NCBI GenBank assembly: GCA_902538225.1 | Contig: CACBEF010000002.1 | Span: 96,563-160,562, forward strand | DNA: 64,000 nt | Direction of reading: 5' to 3' | Source: an uncultured Prochlorococcus sp. | GTDB lineage: Bacteria; Cyanobacteriota; Cyanobacteriia; PCC-6307; Cyanobiaceae | Part shown: positions 1 to 11,882 of the stretch, one piece after another | Position numbering within the stretch: position 1 is the first letter of the stretch | Layout of the letters: each line of letters opens with the position of its first letter | Position numbers and translations under genes: made by a program | Notes under the pieces: generated by a model | Seen by the model: the letters and a program-made list of their open reading frames with translations, nothing else | Told to the model about the DNA's origin: nothing | The model's database searches: none

Positions 1-1212
1 CCTTTAAACCAATCGGAATTACCTGTTGCATTACCAAAAGATATAGATATCTCGGCTACCAAGATTAATGCTTTAGGTGAAAATAATAATTGGATAAATA
101 CAACATGTCCAAAATGTGGAATAGCAGCAAAAAAAGAAACTGATACTATGGACACTTTTATGTGTTCATCATGGTATTTTTTAAGATATCCTTCATCAAA
201 ATGTTCAAATAAGCCATTTGAAAAGATTGAAATTAATAAGTGGTTGCCTGTAGATCAATATGTTGGAGGAGTAGAGCATGCAATATTGCATTTGTTATAT
301 GCAAGATTTTTCACTAAAGCTTTGCGGGATAATGAACTATTTGAAATTAATGAACCATTTAAAAAATTATTAACGCAAGGAATGGTTCAAGCCGCAGCCT
401 ATAAAAACAATAAAACGGGTAAATATGTTTCTCCTTCCGATATTACTGACCTATCAAATCCTACAGATCCAATTGACAATACCAAACTCGAAGTTCTTTT
501 CGAGAAGATGTCTAAGTCAAAATATAATGGAATAGATCCTGAATCAGTAATTAAAAAATATGGTGCAGATACAGCAAGAATGTTTATATTATTTAAAGCA
601 CCGCCAGAAAAAGATTTGGAATGGGGGGATACAGATGTTGAAGGACAATTTAGATTTTTAAGCAGGATTTGGAAGCTTTATATAAATTGTGCAAAAGATA
701 TAAATAATAAATCTAATTCCTATCCAGATAAAGAAAAAATTTTAATAAAGTCAATGAATATCGCTATAAAAGAAATTTCAAATGACATATTAAATAACCA
801 ATTTAATACTGCGATTTCAGAACTAATGAAGTTTTACAATTCATTATCAAATTCAATTAATGAAGTAAACAATAATTTAAAAATAGACGCTTTAAAAACA
901 TTTTGTATTTTACTGGCTCCATTTGCACCTCATATTGCAGAAGAAATATGGCATCTTATAGGATTTAAAAAATCTGTTCATTTAGAACACTGGCCTTCTT
1001 TTAATTCCGAAGCACTAAAGGAAGATTCATATGAACTAGTTATACAAGTCAATGGAAAAGTTAGAGACAAAGTAAATATTAATAATGATATTACTGAAGA
1101 TCAAATTAAAGAATTGACTCTTAAAAGAACTAACATATTAAAATGGACTCAAGATAAGGAAATAAGAAAAATAATTATTGTTAAAGGAAAAATTATGAAT
1201 ATTGTTGTTTAA
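1..1212 (+). CDS. leuS: Leucine--tRNA ligase, C-terminal part (frame is open from base 1)
   Basis: [30 protein letters not shown] and QVNGKVR motifs; frame 1 reads [12 protein letters not shown] from position 1. Confidence 0.97.
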   Translation, partial: PLNQSELPVALPKDIDISATKINALGENNNWINTTCPKCGIAAKKETDTMDTFMCSSWYFLRYPSSKCSNKPFEKIEINKWLPVDQYVGGVEHAILHLLYARFFTKALRDNELFEINEPFKKLLTQGMVQAAAYKNNKTGKYVSPSDITDLSNPTDPIDNTKLEVLFEKMSKSKYNGIDPESVIKKYGADTARMFILFKAPPEKDLEWGDTDVEGQFRFLSRIWKLYINCAKDINNKSNSYPDKEKILIKSMNIAIKEISNDILNNQFNTAISELMKFYNSLSNSINEVNNNLKIDALKTFCILLAPFAPHIAEEIWHLIGFKKSVHLEHWPSFNSEALKEDSYELVIQVNGKVRDKVNINNDITEDQIKELTLKRTNILKWTQDKEIRKIIIVKGKIMNIVV

Positions 1213-2792
1213 GAATTTATTTTTTGAATAACTAATGAATTTGGATTTGACCAATCGCCCTTAACTAAATAATTATCATTACCGAAACACATTTCACGGA
1301 GTATGAAAAATATAGGTTCACTCACTGAATTATCAAATAATGATGTTAGGTCAGTTATAGAATATTCTCCACCTTCGTCTAATAAATTACTTACTTTTTG
1401 TTGATACTCAATAATATTTGCGGCTGCTTTCTTTCCAGCTTCAACTCCAGGCTGATCATATGCATTTATATTTACCAATTCAGCGTAGAAGGATACAGCT
1501 CTCTCAAATAAAGCGATTAAGGCACCTAGTGAAGAACAATTTAACTTTTCTAACGTGATAGTTATACTTTGTCTGTTTTCACTAGAGAGTGCTGATCTAG
1601 TTCCTTGCAAAAAGCCAGAAAGATATTCTTTAGGATTCTCTTTTTCATCAAAAATATTAGTAGATGGAGAATCTAATAATTCAATAAAAATACAAAAGAA
1701 ATTATCAATACCATCTCTAAGTTGCTGAACATAAGCATGTTGATCTGTAGATCCCTTATTACCAAAAACGGAAATACCTTGATTAACTACTTCACCAGAC
1801 CTATTAAATTTCTTACCTAATGATTCCATTACTAATTGCTGAAGATATTTACTAAATACCTGTAACCTATCTCTATAAGGTAATACGACCATATCTCTCT
1901 TTCCAACGCCATCCCCAGTTAAGTACCATGCAGATGATAATAATGCTGCTGGATTATTTTTAAAATCACTTATACGTGTGGCCTCATCCATTAATGATGC
2001 ACCTCTAATAAATTCAAATATATTTTCATTAATAAGAGCTAATGGAAGTAATCCCACAGAGCTTGTAATACTAGTTCTTCCTCCAACCCAATCTTGCAAA
2101 TTAAATATTTTTAACCAATTTTCAGAAGTGGCTTTATTAAATAACTTACTATCTTTCATAGTTATAGCTATAGCATTAGAATTCCATTCAAGAGAATTGT
2201 TTTCGCAGTGACTTTTAATAATTTCCATAGCAATTCTAGGTTCAGGCGTACCACCTGATTTGCTTACTACTACAAATAATGTTGTTGATAATTTTTCAGA
2301 TAACTCTTCTAACTTTTCGCTAATTAAAAAAGGGTCAACATTATCGATATAAGAAAAATTTAAGCCTCTAGAGCACTTCTGCAGTGACTCTGTAATAAGT
2401 AATGGTCCTAAACCACTTCCACCAATTCCTATCCATAGAACATCAGTATACTGCTGATTATTCTTATTCTTAATATCTCCATTTAAAATTTGTTTTCCAA
2501 ATTCAGAGATTGCATTAATATCTGCGCTAATTTCCTCTCCTATTTTTGAAGAGGGTGAAATTGATGGATTTCTAAGCCAATAATGTCCAACTTGTCTATT
2601 TTCATCAATATTTGAGATTGAACCATTTTCTAATTCTTTTATTGATGAAAAAACATCTATAAATTTATCTTCTAAATTTTTTATCTCCTTACTTGTGAAA
2701 TTAATTTTGCTTATGTCTAACCAAATATTTAAATTTTTATCAAACCAAAGATAATTACAAAATTTATCCCAAGATTTTAAATCTCCGTTCAT
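1209..2792 (-). CDS. pgi: Glucose-6-phosphate isomerase
   Basis: [29 protein letters not shown] and DQPGVEAGK motifs. Confidence 0.96.
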   Translation of the reverse strand: MNGDLKSWDKFCNYLWFDKNLNIWLDISKINFTSKEIKNLEDKFIDVFSSIKELENGSISNIDENRQVGHYWLRNPSISPSSKIGEEISADINAISEFGKQILNGDIKNKNNQQYTDVLWIGIGGSGLGPLLITESLQKCSRGLNFSYIDNVDPFLISEKLEELSEKLSTTLFVVVSKSGGTPEPRIAMEIIKSHCENNSLEWNSNAIAITMKDSKLFNKATSENWLKIFNLQDWVGGRTSITSSVGLLPLALINENIFEFIRGASLMDEATRISDFKNNPAALLSSAWYLTGDGVGKRDMVVLPYRDRLQVFSKYLQQLVMESLGKKFNRSGEVVNQGISVFGNKGSTDQHAYVQQLRDGIDNFFCIFIELLDSPSTNIFDEKENPKEYLSGFLQGTRSALSSENRQSITITLEKLNCSSLGALIALFERAVSFYAELVNINAYDQPGVEAGKKAAANIIEYQQKVSNLLDEGGEYSITDLTSLFDNSVSEPIFFILREMCFGNDNYLVKGDWSNPNSLVIQKINS

Positions 2793-2974
2793 TTTATATA
2801 TTTGTTTCTTTTATTTATTATTCAATTATATCTATACGAATAGTAGATAAATTTGAATCATTTAAATTTGTTTAAATTTTTATCTTCAAATAAATATGTT
2901 TTTGAATTTAAATATTTAGAATAGAGGTTTTTTTTTATTTCATATGAATTTATCATTGGATAAAATAAAAAACA

Positions 2975-3631
2975 TTGGATAGATCATTTAATTACATAAT
3001 TTCGCCTGAGATATCTGAATTTAGAAGATTTTCACCAAAATTAAATATAGGTGTACTTGCTTCTGGGAAAGGAACAAACTTTCAGGAATTAATTAATCTC
3101 TCAGAAAAAGGAGAATTAGATATAGATATTAAAGTTCTAATAACTAACAAAGATGAAGCCGGTTGTATAAAAAGAGCTGAAAGTAAAAAAATACCTCACA
3201 AAATTATAAGAGGCAAAGACTTTCTGCAAAAAGAGGCATTTGAATTAGAAATTGTAAATACTTTAATTCATTACAATGTTGAACTTGTTGTTATGGCAGG
3301 CTGGATGAAAATTGTTACTCCATTTTTTATTAATAAATTTAAGAATAAGATAATAAATATTCACCCTTCACTACTTCCGGCATATAAAGGTGGTTCTGCG
3401 ATAAAGGACTCTATATTAAATGGTTCAAAAATAACTGGTTGTTCAGTACATTTTGTAGAAGAGGAAGTAGATAGTGGGTCATTGATAATACAAGCTGCAT
3501 TGTCAATTAGAGATGATGATGATATTGAATCACTTTCCAAAAAAATACAAATGCTTGAGCATAAAATTTTACCTTACTCAATCTCTCAAGCTGGTTTTTT
3601 GATAAGAAGTAATTTTATGGAAAATTATTAG
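2975..3631 (+). CDS. purN: Phosphoribosylglycinamide formyltransferase
   Basis: LASGKGTNF, INIHPSLLP, GCSVHFV, VDSG. Confidence 0.95.
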   Translation: MDRSFNYIISPEISEFRRFSPKLNIGVLASGKGTNFQELINLSEKGELDIDIKVLITNKDEAGCIKRAESKKIPHKIIRGKDFLQKEAFELEIVNTLIHYNVELVVMAGWMKIVTPFFINKFKNKIINIHPSLLPAYKGGSAIKDSILNGSKITGCSVHFVEEEVDSGSLIIQAALSIRDDDDIESLSKKIQMLEHKILPYSISQAGFLIRSNFMENY

Positions 3632-4670
3632 TTAAATCAAGACCTTCATCCATTGAAAATCCACTCATAATATTTAAATTTTGTATTGCTTGCCCAGTCT
3701 GACCTTTTAACAAATTATCAATTGCAGATAAAATAATAATCCTTCCATTTCGAATATCAACTTTAACAGAAAGGAAAATTTGGTTTGTATTTTTAACCCA
3801 TTTTGTTGAAGGGTATGTATCTACAGGTAAGACCTTAATATTTTTGAAATTTCTGTAATAATTATCCAAAAGAATTCTGCAATCATCAGAAGTTAATCCT
3901 GGATCTCTTAATCTCCCATATATTGTCGAATGCATACCCCTTGAAATTGGTACCAAATGAGGTGTAAAAAGCAGTTCAATTTTATTTCCAGAAATTAAAG
4001 ATGCTACTTGCTCGATCTCTGAGGTATGTCTATGGTTTATCAATCCATATGCTGATAAACCTTCACCACATTCTGATAAGAGTAGCTTTTGGTTTGGTTC
4101 TCGACCTCCTCCAGAGGTTCCGCTTTTAGAATCAATCACTATTCCTTCATTTTCAATAATTCCTTGCGAAAGATAAGGAACTAATGGAATAAGAGCAGAT
4201 GTTGGATAGCATCCTGGACAGGCAATTAATCTTCCTTTTGAAATGGCTTCCTTATTTATTTCAGGAAGACCGTAGACTGCCTCTTTACATAAATCATCAT
4301 CATTCCTTTTATAAATAGCAGCTTCTTTGGAATATACATTTTTCCATTCATCTAAAGACTTATATCTGTAATCAGCAGATAAATCAATAACTTTAAGTCC
4401 TCGATCTAATAATTTCCTTGTCAATGATGAAGATAGGCCATTTGGTAAACAAAGCAAAGCAACATCTGCATTTTTTGAAATATTATCTACAGAAATTTCT
4501 TCTATATAAGGATCATTATCTAGATAAATAAAAGGAAAATTATCATTCCATTTTGATCCGGATGTTTTATTACCTCCTAAAAATGAAATTTTATATTTTT
4601 TAATTTTCTTTAAGAGATTTACCGCTTGAATACCGCCGTAACCAGTAGCACCTACTATTGCAACATTCAT
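3615..4670 (-). CDS. argC: N-acetyl-gamma-glutamyl-phosphate reductase
   Basis: VGATGYGG, IDLSADYR, ACPGCYPT, DNLLKG. Confidence 0.96.
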   Translation of the reverse strand: MNVAIVGATGYGGIQAVNLLKKIKKYKISFLGGNKTSGSKWNDNFPFIYLDNDPYIEEISVDNISKNADVALLCLPNGLSSSLTRKLLDRGLKVIDLSADYRYKSLDEWKNVYSKEAAIYKRNDDDLCKEAVYGLPEINKEAISKGRLIACPGCYPTSALIPLVPYLSQGIIENEGIVIDSKSGTSGGGREPNQKLLLSECGEGLSAYGLINHRHTSEIEQVASLISGNKIELLFTPHLVPISRGMHSTIYGRLRDPGLTSDDCRILLDNYYRNFKNIKVLPVDTYPSTKWVKNTNQIFLSVKVDIRNGRIIILSAIDNLLKGQTGQAIQNLNIMSGFSMDEGLDLTNNFP

Positions 4671-4758
4671 TTCTTTGAATTGGCAGACTTTGAGATAGGA
4701 TTATAAAGTGTTGAATTTAAGGTAACTAAAACACTATTTTTCTATATTGATAGGAATA

Positions 4759-6483
4759 ATGAAAGAAACAAGTCCCAAATCAAATAATGGAACAATTTTG
4801 GATATAAATGAATCTTTTAAAATTGAATTTGATCCTATCAGCGATGCGTTGGCAGCTATAAGAAATGGTGAATGCATAATTGTTGTAGATGATGAAAGAA
4901 GAGAAAATGAAGGAGATTTAATATGTGCGGCTCAGTTTGCAACTCCACAGCAAATTAATTTTATGGCTACTGAGGGACGTGGTCTTATATGCCTAGCAAT
5001 GCAAGGTGAAAAACTTGATTCTTTAGATTTACCATTAATGGTAGATAGAAATACAGATGAAAATCAAACAGCTTTTACAGTTTCAATTGATGCTGGACCT
5101 GAAAATAATGTTACTACCGGAATTTCCGCTGAAGACAGGGCAAAGACAATACAAGTTGCTATAAACCCAAATACAAAACCTGATGATTTAAGGAGGCCAG
5201 GACATATTTTTCCATTAAGAGCTAAAAAAGGTGGAGTATTAAAAAGGGCAGGTCATACCGAAGCGGCAGTAGATATTGCCGCAATGTCAGGACTTTATCC
5301 CGCTGGAGTGATTTGTGAAATACAAAATCCTGACGGTTCTATGTCAAGACTTCCACAACTTAAAGAGTATGCAAAACAGTGGGGAATGAAATTAATATCA
5401 ATAGCTGATTTAATAAGTTATCGGTTTCAAACTGAGAGATTTGTATTTAGAAAATCTGATGCTGTTCTTCCAAGTATTTTTGGTAATTTCAAAGCTTATG
5501 GATATGTTAATGAACTAGATGGTTCAGAGCACGTTGCATTAGTTAAACAAAAATCATCCAAATTAAGCGAACCTGTACTAGTAAGAATGCATTCAGAGTG
5601 CTTAACTGGTGATGCTTTTGGATCATTACGTTGTGATTGTAGACCCCAGTTAGAGGCTGCTTTATCAAGAATAGAAAAAGAGGAAGAAGGAGTTGTTGTT
5701 TACTTGAGACAAGAAGGCAGAGGTATTGGTCTAATAAATAAATTAAAAGCTTACAGTTTACAAGATGGTGGATTAGACACTGTAGAAGCTAATGAAAAAT
5801 TAGGTTTTCCAGCTGATCTCAGAAATTATGGAGTTGGAGCACAAATTTTAACTGATTTAGGTATAAAAAAATTAAAATTACTAACCAACAATCCTAGAAA
5901 GATTGCTGGATTAGGTGGTTATGGAATAGAAGTTATTGAGAGAGTTCCATTAGTTATTTGTCCAAACGATAATAATGCAGAATATTTGAGTGTTAAAAAA
6001 ACAAAGTTAGGCCACATGATTGATGATGATAATTCTAATTCCAGTAATATTGACCCATTTATATCAATTTTTCTTGACGGAAAATATAAATCTATTGATT
6101 TAGTTCCAATAAAAAATAATGTTATTAAATTCTGTGGTGAAAAAAACATTAATATTAAACTTGAAAGTAGTCCAAGATTATTGGCGTTTTGGAACCGACC
6201 AAAATTAGTATGGAGAATTTTACATGATCAGAATAGAACCAATTCCAACATTAATGATGAGGAAATAAAGAATATAGAATTATTTATTCAGTTTTTATCC
6301 AAATATGAAAGTAGTACAAAGATTGGAATTATTGTCTCTAGAAATATTGAACAAGCATTACACCCCAAAAGTAGCATAAAACTAATAAATACTAAATTCA
6401 CTATTAATAACGAAATCTTATATTCTTCTACAAGAAAATTTAATCTAGATAAAGAGACATTCAGTATTGTTTTTGAAGGTTAA
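4759..6483 (+). CDS. ribBA: Bifunctional DHBP synthase / GTP cyclohydrolase II with C-terminal extension
   Basis: [47 protein letters not shown]; ATG at 4759 preferred over TTG at 4747. Confidence 0.95.
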   Translation: MKETSPKSNNGTILDINESFKIEFDPISDALAAIRNGECIIVVDDERRENEGDLICAAQFATPQQINFMATEGRGLICLAMQGEKLDSLDLPLMVDRNTDENQTAFTVSIDAGPENNVTTGISAEDRAKTIQVAINPNTKPDDLRRPGHIFPLRAKKGGVLKRAGHTEAAVDIAAMSGLYPAGVICEIQNPDGSMSRLPQLKEYAKQWGMKLISIADLISYRFQTERFVFRKSDAVLPSIFGNFKAYGYVNELDGSEHVALVKQKSSKLSEPVLVRMHSECLTGDAFGSLRCDCRPQLEAALSRIEKEEEGVVVYLRQEGRGIGLINKLKAYSLQDGGLDTVEANEKLGFPADLRNYGVGAQILTDLGIKKLKLLTNNPRKIAGLGGYGIEVIERVPLVICPNDNNAEYLSVKKTKLGHMIDDDNSNSSNIDPFISIFLDGKYKSIDLVPIKNNVIKFCGEKNINIKLESSPRLLAFWNRPKLVWRILHDQNRTNSNINDEEIKNIELFIQFLSKYESSTKIGIIVSRNIEQALHPKSSIKLINTKFTINNEILYSSTRKFNLDKETFSIVFEG

Positions 6484-6486
6484 ATA

Positions 6487-6924
6487 CTATTTTAAAGTTG
6501 CTTTTAGAATTTTTGACCCATTAGTGAGTTTTAGCACTACATCCATATCATCTGTCTTACCAAAAACAGTATGAACTCCATCGAGATGAGGCTGTGGTTC
6601 ATAAACTATAAAAAACTGACTACCTCCTGTATCCTTTCCTGCATGAGCCATTGAAAGTGAACCTTTTAGATGTTTATTGGAATTAATTTCACATTTAATA
6701 TTATATCCAGGTCCTCCAGTTCCAGGCATACCAGAAGCACCATTACGAGTATTTGGACATCCACCCTGAGCCATAAATCCAGGAATGACTCTGTGAAATG
6801 CTAGACCATCATAAAAACCATCACTAATCAATTTCGTGAAGTTTTTAACTGTATTAGGTGCGTCGTCAGAGAAAAATTCAATATTTATTTTTCCAACTTC
6901 TGTCTCAAATAATGCAGTTGTCAT
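6487..6924 (-). CDS. Cyclophilin-type peptidyl-prolyl cis-trans isomerase
   Basis: [36 protein letters not shown]. Confidence 0.95.
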   Translation of the reverse strand: MTTALFETEVGKINIEFFSDDAPNTVKNFTKLISDGFYDGLAFHRVIPGFMAQGGCPNTRNGASGMPGTGGPGYNIKCEINSNKHLKGSLSMAHAGKDTGGSQFFIVYEPQPHLDGVHTVFGKTDDMDVVLKLTNGSKILKATLK

Positions 6925-6961
6925 GTTTTATTTGTTGAATAATTTATTGATATTTTAGTAG

Positions 6962-7345
6962 CTAAAGCAACTTTTCAAGGTTTTCTTTAATGGTATTTAG
7001 ATCAATGTTATTTTTTTTACTATTTTTGTCTTCCTCCCAATTTTCAACTTCTAGGTTTTTCTGGGGTGGTGAAATTAATAATCTATCTTCTGCGGTTTTA
7101 GGTACAAAATTCTTTTGTACTAATTTATATTCATAATCTAATTTAATACAGAAATCTTTTATTTCCTCTATTTTGATCATTTCAACTGTTGGCAAAGGAA
7201 AATCTTGAGCTTCCAGTAGACCACAATATCTTGTTGCATCATCCTTATCTTCAAACATGAGAACAATTGTCCTTCCCCTAAGTTCGATTGAATGAATTCC
7301 TTCCTTATCTGTTCCTGAATTATATAAAAGAACAAATATGTCCAT
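6962..7345 (-). CDS. Conserved cyanobacterial protein (DUF3110-like)
   Basis: EGIHS...VLMFE..DDA.RY..LLEAQDFP pattern; last gene of the dnaK-dnaJ cluster. Confidence 0.75.
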   Translation of the reverse strand: MDIFVLLYNSGTDKEGIHSIELRGRTIVLMFEDKDDATRYCGLLEAQDFPLPTVEMIKIEEIKDFCIKLDYEYKLVQKNFVPKTAEDRLLISPPQKNLEVENWEEDKNSKKNNIDLNTIKENLEKLL

Positions 7346-7378
7346 AACTTTCGATTTTTCTTATTATATAATATTTGA

Positions 7379-8305
7379 TTAATAATCAGAAAGTGATAAT
7401 TCTTGTAATCTTGTATATAAAGCAATTTCTTCATCATTAATGTCAGCAGGTATCACTACCAAGATTTCAACATATTGATCACCAACATTATCTTCAAAAG
7501 TTAAACCCCTCCCTTTCAAACGTAACATTCTGCCAGTAGATGATTTTGGTGGTACTTGAAGTGTGACATTTCCATCAAGGGTAGGAACCTCTACTGCACA
7601 ACCAAGAAGAGCATCATGAGGAAATAACTCTAATTTATATAGAACTCTTAAACCATCAATTCTTAGACCACTTTCCGTTTGAACTTTTAACTGTAGATAA
7701 TGATCTTTACCTCCTCTTGCAATATTTTCAAGTCTTAATCTCCAGCCATCTCCAGCGAAAGGTGGTGTATCAACTTCTACTACAGTTTCATCTTCAAGCT
7801 CAATTAAAATTGAAGCTCCATTTAAGGCCTCATCAGGAGTTAATTCAATAACTGTTTCAATATCTTGGTGGAGTTTAACTGGAGGCGGCTCATCTGGAGA
7901 GGTTGTAGGGTATTGAAAATTGTTAATTTCATCATTATTTGTATTTATCGATTCATCCTCAAATGATTCATCATCATATTCATCATAATTCTTTGGTGAG
8001 TATTCATATCCAAATAATGAATCAAGATAATCTTGAAAATCAGGAAACCCTGTCTTAAAATTATTATTTTCGTAATCATCATTGATATTTTCATCCGAAC
8101 TATTTTTTTTTATATTAGGGTCACGGAGATATTCGTATGCTTGGTTAATTAATTTAAATCTTTCTTCTGCATTAAGATCATTTTTATTCAAATCTGGATG
8201 CCATTTTCTTGCTTCTCTTCGAAAGGCCTTTTTAAGTTCTTTATCATCAAAATCAGGGGATAAACCCAAAATCGACAAATAGTCTTTTTTAGAGGAAGTA
8301 GTCAT
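7379..8305 (-). CDS. dnaJ: DnaJ-family co-chaperone (J domain plus C-terminal domain, no zinc finger)
   Basis: DYLSILG, HPD motif (KWHPDLN), LRLKGRG; ATG at 8305 overlaps the dnaK end by 17 nt. Confidence 0.88.
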   Translation of the reverse strand: MTTSSKKDYLSILGLSPDFDDKELKKAFRREARKWHPDLNKNDLNAEERFKLINQAYEYLRDPNIKKNSSDENINDDYENNNFKTGFPDFQDYLDSLFGYEYSPKNYDEYDDESFEDESINTNNDEINNFQYPTTSPDEPPPVKLHQDIETVIELTPDEALNGASILIELEDETVVEVDTPPFAGDGWRLRLENIARGGKDHYLQLKVQTESGLRIDGLRVLYKLELFPHDALLGCAVEVPTLDGNVTLQVPPKSSTGRMLRLKGRGLTFEDNVGDQYVEILVVIPADINDEEIALYTRLQELSLSDY

Positions 8306-10286
8306 TGTCCCATGGATCATCGTCCCTAGAATTACCATACCTCGAATTTCTATAATTTCTATTCATTTGATTATCCCAAGGATCATCGTCCCAATAATCA
8401 TCTGAAAAAAGTTCATCCTTTAATGATCCAAATGTATTTTTAATGCCCTGTAGGGGATTATTATCAGTTTTCTTTTCTGTCGCGAATTTTCTGTTTAAAC
8501 CAAATAATGCTTCTTGTAGGGCACTTACTGAAATTTCTAATTCTTGAGGATCATCGTCATCTATATACTCTTCAACATCTTGAATGGCTAATTCAACAGC
8601 TCGTTGTTGCCTTTCGGCACCATAAGGACCAAATTCTAATGAAGCATCCCTAAGTCTTCTCTCAGCTTGCGCAATAAGAGTTAAAGCACTATTTTTTCTA
8701 TCAATTACAGATCTTCTCTTCCTATCTTCATTAGCTTTCGCTTTGGCTTCTTCAATTATAGAATTTATTTCTTGTTCATTTAAATTAGAACCTCCAGAGA
8801 TTGTAACTGTTTGCTTTCTTCCAGTTGTTCTATCAGTTGCACTTACCTCTAAAAGACCATTAGCATCAATATCAAAAGCTACCTGGACTTGAGGTATCCC
8901 TCTTGGAGCTGGAGGTATTCCTGATAGTCTAAATTTACCAAGTGATTTATTTTCAGAGGCTAAAGGCCTTTCTCCCTGCCGTACTTGAACAACTACTGAT
9001 GATTGATTAGCTTCGGAAGTACTAAAAACATCAGATTGTCTAACTGGTATTGGCGTATTACGAGGAATGAGTACCTTCATAAGACCACCAATAGTTTCTA
9101 AACCTAAAGATAAGGGAGTAACGTCATTTAGAAGTAAATCTTGTAAATCACCACTAATAATTCCAGATTGTATTGCAGCGCCAACTGCTACGACTTCATC
9201 AGGATTAACAGATTGACAAGGATCATTTGGAACAAGGGTCTTTACTAATTGTTGAACCATTGGGATTCTTGTGCTGCCGCCTACAAGAACTACCTCATCA
9301 ATATCTTCTGCGTTCCATCCAGAATCATCTAGAGCTATTTGCACAGGCTCTAATAATCTATCAAGTAAATCTTGTGATAATGATTCAAATATTTTTCTAT
9401 CTAAGGTTTCTTCAATATGTAACGGCCCCTCTTTACTTGTTGTGATAAATGGTAAAGATATTTTTGTTTTTTGTAATCCTGACAATTCACATTTAGCTTT
9501 TTCAGAAGCCTCAGTTAATCTCTGTAAAGCTTGTCTATCCCTTCTTAGATCAATATCATGTTTAACTAGAAATTTTTCTGCAAGCCAATCAACTATTTTT
9601 GAATCAAAATTGTTTCCTCCTAGCTGGGTATCACCACAAGTGGCTTTAACATCAAATACACCATTAGAAATTTTCAATAATGAAACATCAAATGTTCCTC
9701 CTCCTAAATCAAAGACCAAAACATTATTAGAAGAACTTTTTTCAAAACCATAAGCTAGAGCAGCAGCAGTAGGTTCATTTAGAATTCTATCTACTTTAAT
9801 ACCAGCTAATATTGCAGAATCCTTTGTAGCTTGCCTTTGAGATTCATTAAAGTAAGCAGGGACAGTAATAACTGCAGAATCAACAGTATCTCCAAGATAA
9901 GTTTCAGCATCATTAATTAATTTTCTAATCAATGAGCTCACTAATTCTTCTGGTGCATACTCTCTTTCTGTATTTGGACTAAGAACCCTAACGCTTCCAT
10001 TGGTATTAGCCTTAACGTTGTAAGGAACAGAAATACTATTCTCATCTAATTCATCCCAGTCATTACCAATAAATCGTTTAAGGTTATAAAAGGTATTCTT
10101 AGGATTTAGAACAAGTTGTCTTCTCGCTTGATCTCCTATTACTATTTCCTTGTCTTTTGTAAATCCCACTATTGAAGGTGTAGTTCTAGAACCCTCAGAA
10201 TTTGCAATAACAATTGGACGTCCAGCATCTATAACTCCGACAACAGAGTTAGTAGTACCTAAATCTATTCCAACTATTTGCCCCAT
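8289..10286 (-). CDS. dnaK: Chaperone DnaK (DnaK3-type, acidic Trp-rich tail)
   Basis: [44 protein letters not shown]. Confidence 0.97.
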   Translation of the reverse strand: MGQIVGIDLGTTNSVVGVIDAGRPIVIANSEGSRTTPSIVGFTKDKEIVIGDQARRQLVLNPKNTFYNLKRFIGNDWDELDENSISVPYNVKANTNGSVRVLSPNTEREYAPEELVSSLIRKLINDAETYLGDTVDSAVITVPAYFNESQRQATKDSAILAGIKVDRILNEPTAAALAYGFEKSSSNNVLVFDLGGGTFDVSLLKISNGVFDVKATCGDTQLGGNNFDSKIVDWLAEKFLVKHDIDLRRDRQALQRLTEASEKAKCELSGLQKTKISLPFITTSKEGPLHIEETLDRKIFESLSQDLLDRLLEPVQIALDDSGWNAEDIDEVVLVGGSTRIPMVQQLVKTLVPNDPCQSVNPDEVVAVGAAIQSGIISGDLQDLLLNDVTPLSLGLETIGGLMKVLIPRNTPIPVRQSDVFSTSEANQSSVVVQVRQGERPLASENKSLGKFRLSGIPPAPRGIPQVQVAFDIDANGLLEVSATDRTTGRKQTVTISGGSNLNEQEINSIIEEAKAKANEDRKRRSVIDRKNSALTLIAQAERRLRDASLEFGPYGAERQQRAVELAIQDVEEYIDDDDPQELEISVSALQEALFGLNRKFATEKKTDNNPLQGIKNTFGSLKDELFSDDYWDDDPWDNQMNRNYRNSRYGNSRDDDPWDNDYFL
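8308..8392. repeat. Intragenic direct repeat encoding two DDDPWD motifs in the DnaK tail
   Basis: tcccatggatcatcgtccc (8308-8326) vs tcccaaggatcatcgtccc (8374-8392), 18/19 identical. Confidence 0.85.
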
Positions 10287-10499
10287 GATTTTAGATCGCT
10301 AAATTAAAGCAAAATTTACTAATAATTTAATTAATTTTTATCTTAGATATTTACATATAATAGTAAAAATCAAATATTTTCAACTTAATTTAAATAAATA
10401 AGATTATTTATAACTTGTTAATTCGATTACTATCTATTTTAAAAGATATTTTAAAGACAAAGGTGTTGATGTATTTAACCAAAATAAACTATTATAAAA

Positions 10500-10586
10500 C
10501 GGAGAGAGAGGGATTCGAACCCTCGATAAAGTTGCCCCTATACAGCATTTCCAGTGCTGCGCCTTCAACCACTCGGCCACCTCTCC
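10500..10586 (-). tRNA. tRNA-Ser(GGA)
   Basis: Reverse complement GGAGAGGTGGCCGAGTGG...CAGCA-CTGGAAA-TGCTG, long variable arm, GGTTCGAATCC; CCA not encoded. Confidence 0.97.
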
Positions 10587-10635
10587 CAAGATAACCATTT
10601 TAACCCTTAATCATCCCATTTTAGAGGAAAGTTAT

Positions 10636-11010
10636 TTGAAAAAGACTTTCACAGTCACGATCAAAAATAAGGAAACCGGAAAGGTCTACCAAGAGCAGGT
10701 TAATAGTGATAATTACATACTTAAGGAATTTGAAAAGAAAGGTTTAAAACTTGCATTTTCATGTAGAAATGGTTGCTGTACAAGTTGTGCAGTTAAAATT
10801 AAATCTGGCACCTTACAACAACCTGAAGCCATGGGTGTATCTCAGGCTTTAAAAGATAAAGGGTATGCACTTCTTTGTGTCGCTAAAGCAACTTCAGATC
10901 TTGAGGTAGAAACTACATATGAAGATGAAGTTTACGATTTACAATTTGGACAATATTTTGGGAGGGGAAATACCAGAGTTGCGCCACCTTGGGAATTTGA
11001 GGAAGATTAA
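10636..11010 (+). CDS. [2Fe-2S] ferredoxin with C-terminal extension (Fed2/FdC2-like)
   Basis: SCRNGCCTSC...LLCV cluster ligands; EDEVYDLQFG tail. Confidence 0.88.
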   Translation: MKKTFTVTIKNKETGKVYQEQVNSDNYILKEFEKKGLKLAFSCRNGCCTSCAVKIKSGTLQQPEAMGVSQALKDKGYALLCVAKATSDLEVETTYEDEVYDLQFGQYFGRGNTRVAPPWEFEED

Positions 11011-11015
11011 CTATC

Positions 11016-11864
11016 ATGTTTGAATTAAGTGAAATAGAGGAACTAGCAAATCAAGTAAACCTATCCACTTTGTATGAAATAGCCAAGAATTCCGCTCAAA
11101 TTGGTAATGAAATTTTAAAAGTTAATTACAATAAAATTCAGAAAATATCATCAAAGGGTAGGAAGGGTGATCTAGTTACCAATGTAGATTTGGAAGTTGA
11201 AAATAAAATAAAAGAATTTTTATTAGAAGAGACACCAAACATATCTATAAATGCAGAGGAATCGGGTAAATTAACCAAATCTTCTGATTTAACTTGGTGT
11301 ATAGATCCATTAGACGGTACAACAAATTATTCTCATGGATATCCTTTTTTTGGGACTTCTATTGGTCTTGTATATAAAAATAAGCCAATTATAGGTGCTA
11401 TATCAGTACCTTATTTAAATGAATTATATTCAGCTTGTATAGGTTTAGGTTCATTCTGCAATGATAGTGAACTTAAAGTATCGAATCCCTCTAATCTTTC
11501 TGATAGTCTACTTGTAACTGGTTTCTCTTATGACAGATTTGAGACAGAGGATAATAATTATGCTGAATTTTGTTATTTAACACATAAAACTAGAGGTGTT
11601 AGAAGAGGAGGTGCAGCAGCAGTTGATCTAGCATTTGTTGCGGCAGGCAAGCTAGATGGTTATTGGGAAAGAGGATTGGAGGTATGGGACCTAGCGGCCG
11701 GTGCTATTATTGTAAAAGAGGCTGGTGGTATTATTTCTGATTATCCATCAGGCGAATTTAATTTAAGTTCAGGAAGAATTTTAGCTTGTTCTCCCAGCCT
11801 TGAGAATGAATTAAAAAATGAACTAGATAAAGTCACTCCATTAAAAAAAAATCTCTATACCTAA
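11016..11864 (+). CDS. suhB: Inositol monophosphatase family protein
   Basis: WCIDPLDGTTNY, WDLAAG. Confidence 0.9.
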   Translation: MFELSEIEELANQVNLSTLYEIAKNSAQIGNEILKVNYNKIQKISSKGRKGDLVTNVDLEVENKIKEFLLEETPNISINAEESGKLTKSSDLTWCIDPLDGTTNYSHGYPFFGTSIGLVYKNKPIIGAISVPYLNELYSACIGLGSFCNDSELKVSNPSNLSDSLLVTGFSYDRFETEDNNYAEFCYLTHKTRGVRRGGAAAVDLAFVAAGKLDGYWERGLEVWDLAAGAIIVKEAGGIISDYPSGEFNLSSGRILACSPSLENELKNELDKVTPLKKNLYT

Positions 11865-11882
11865 AATTAGTTTAATATTAAG

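Noticed and set aside
9227-9753. Plus-strand ORFs of 72 and 160 aa antisense to dnaK
   Set aside because: Shadow frames of a conserved gene. Long antisense ORFs opposite hsp70 genes are a familiar artefact, and no motifs are present.
10287-10586. tRNA-Ser 3' flank as a possible island or tycheposon integration site
   Set aside because: Only about 210 nt of AT-rich spacer. I saw no integrase, duplicated tRNA 3' end or cargo, so the site looks empty.
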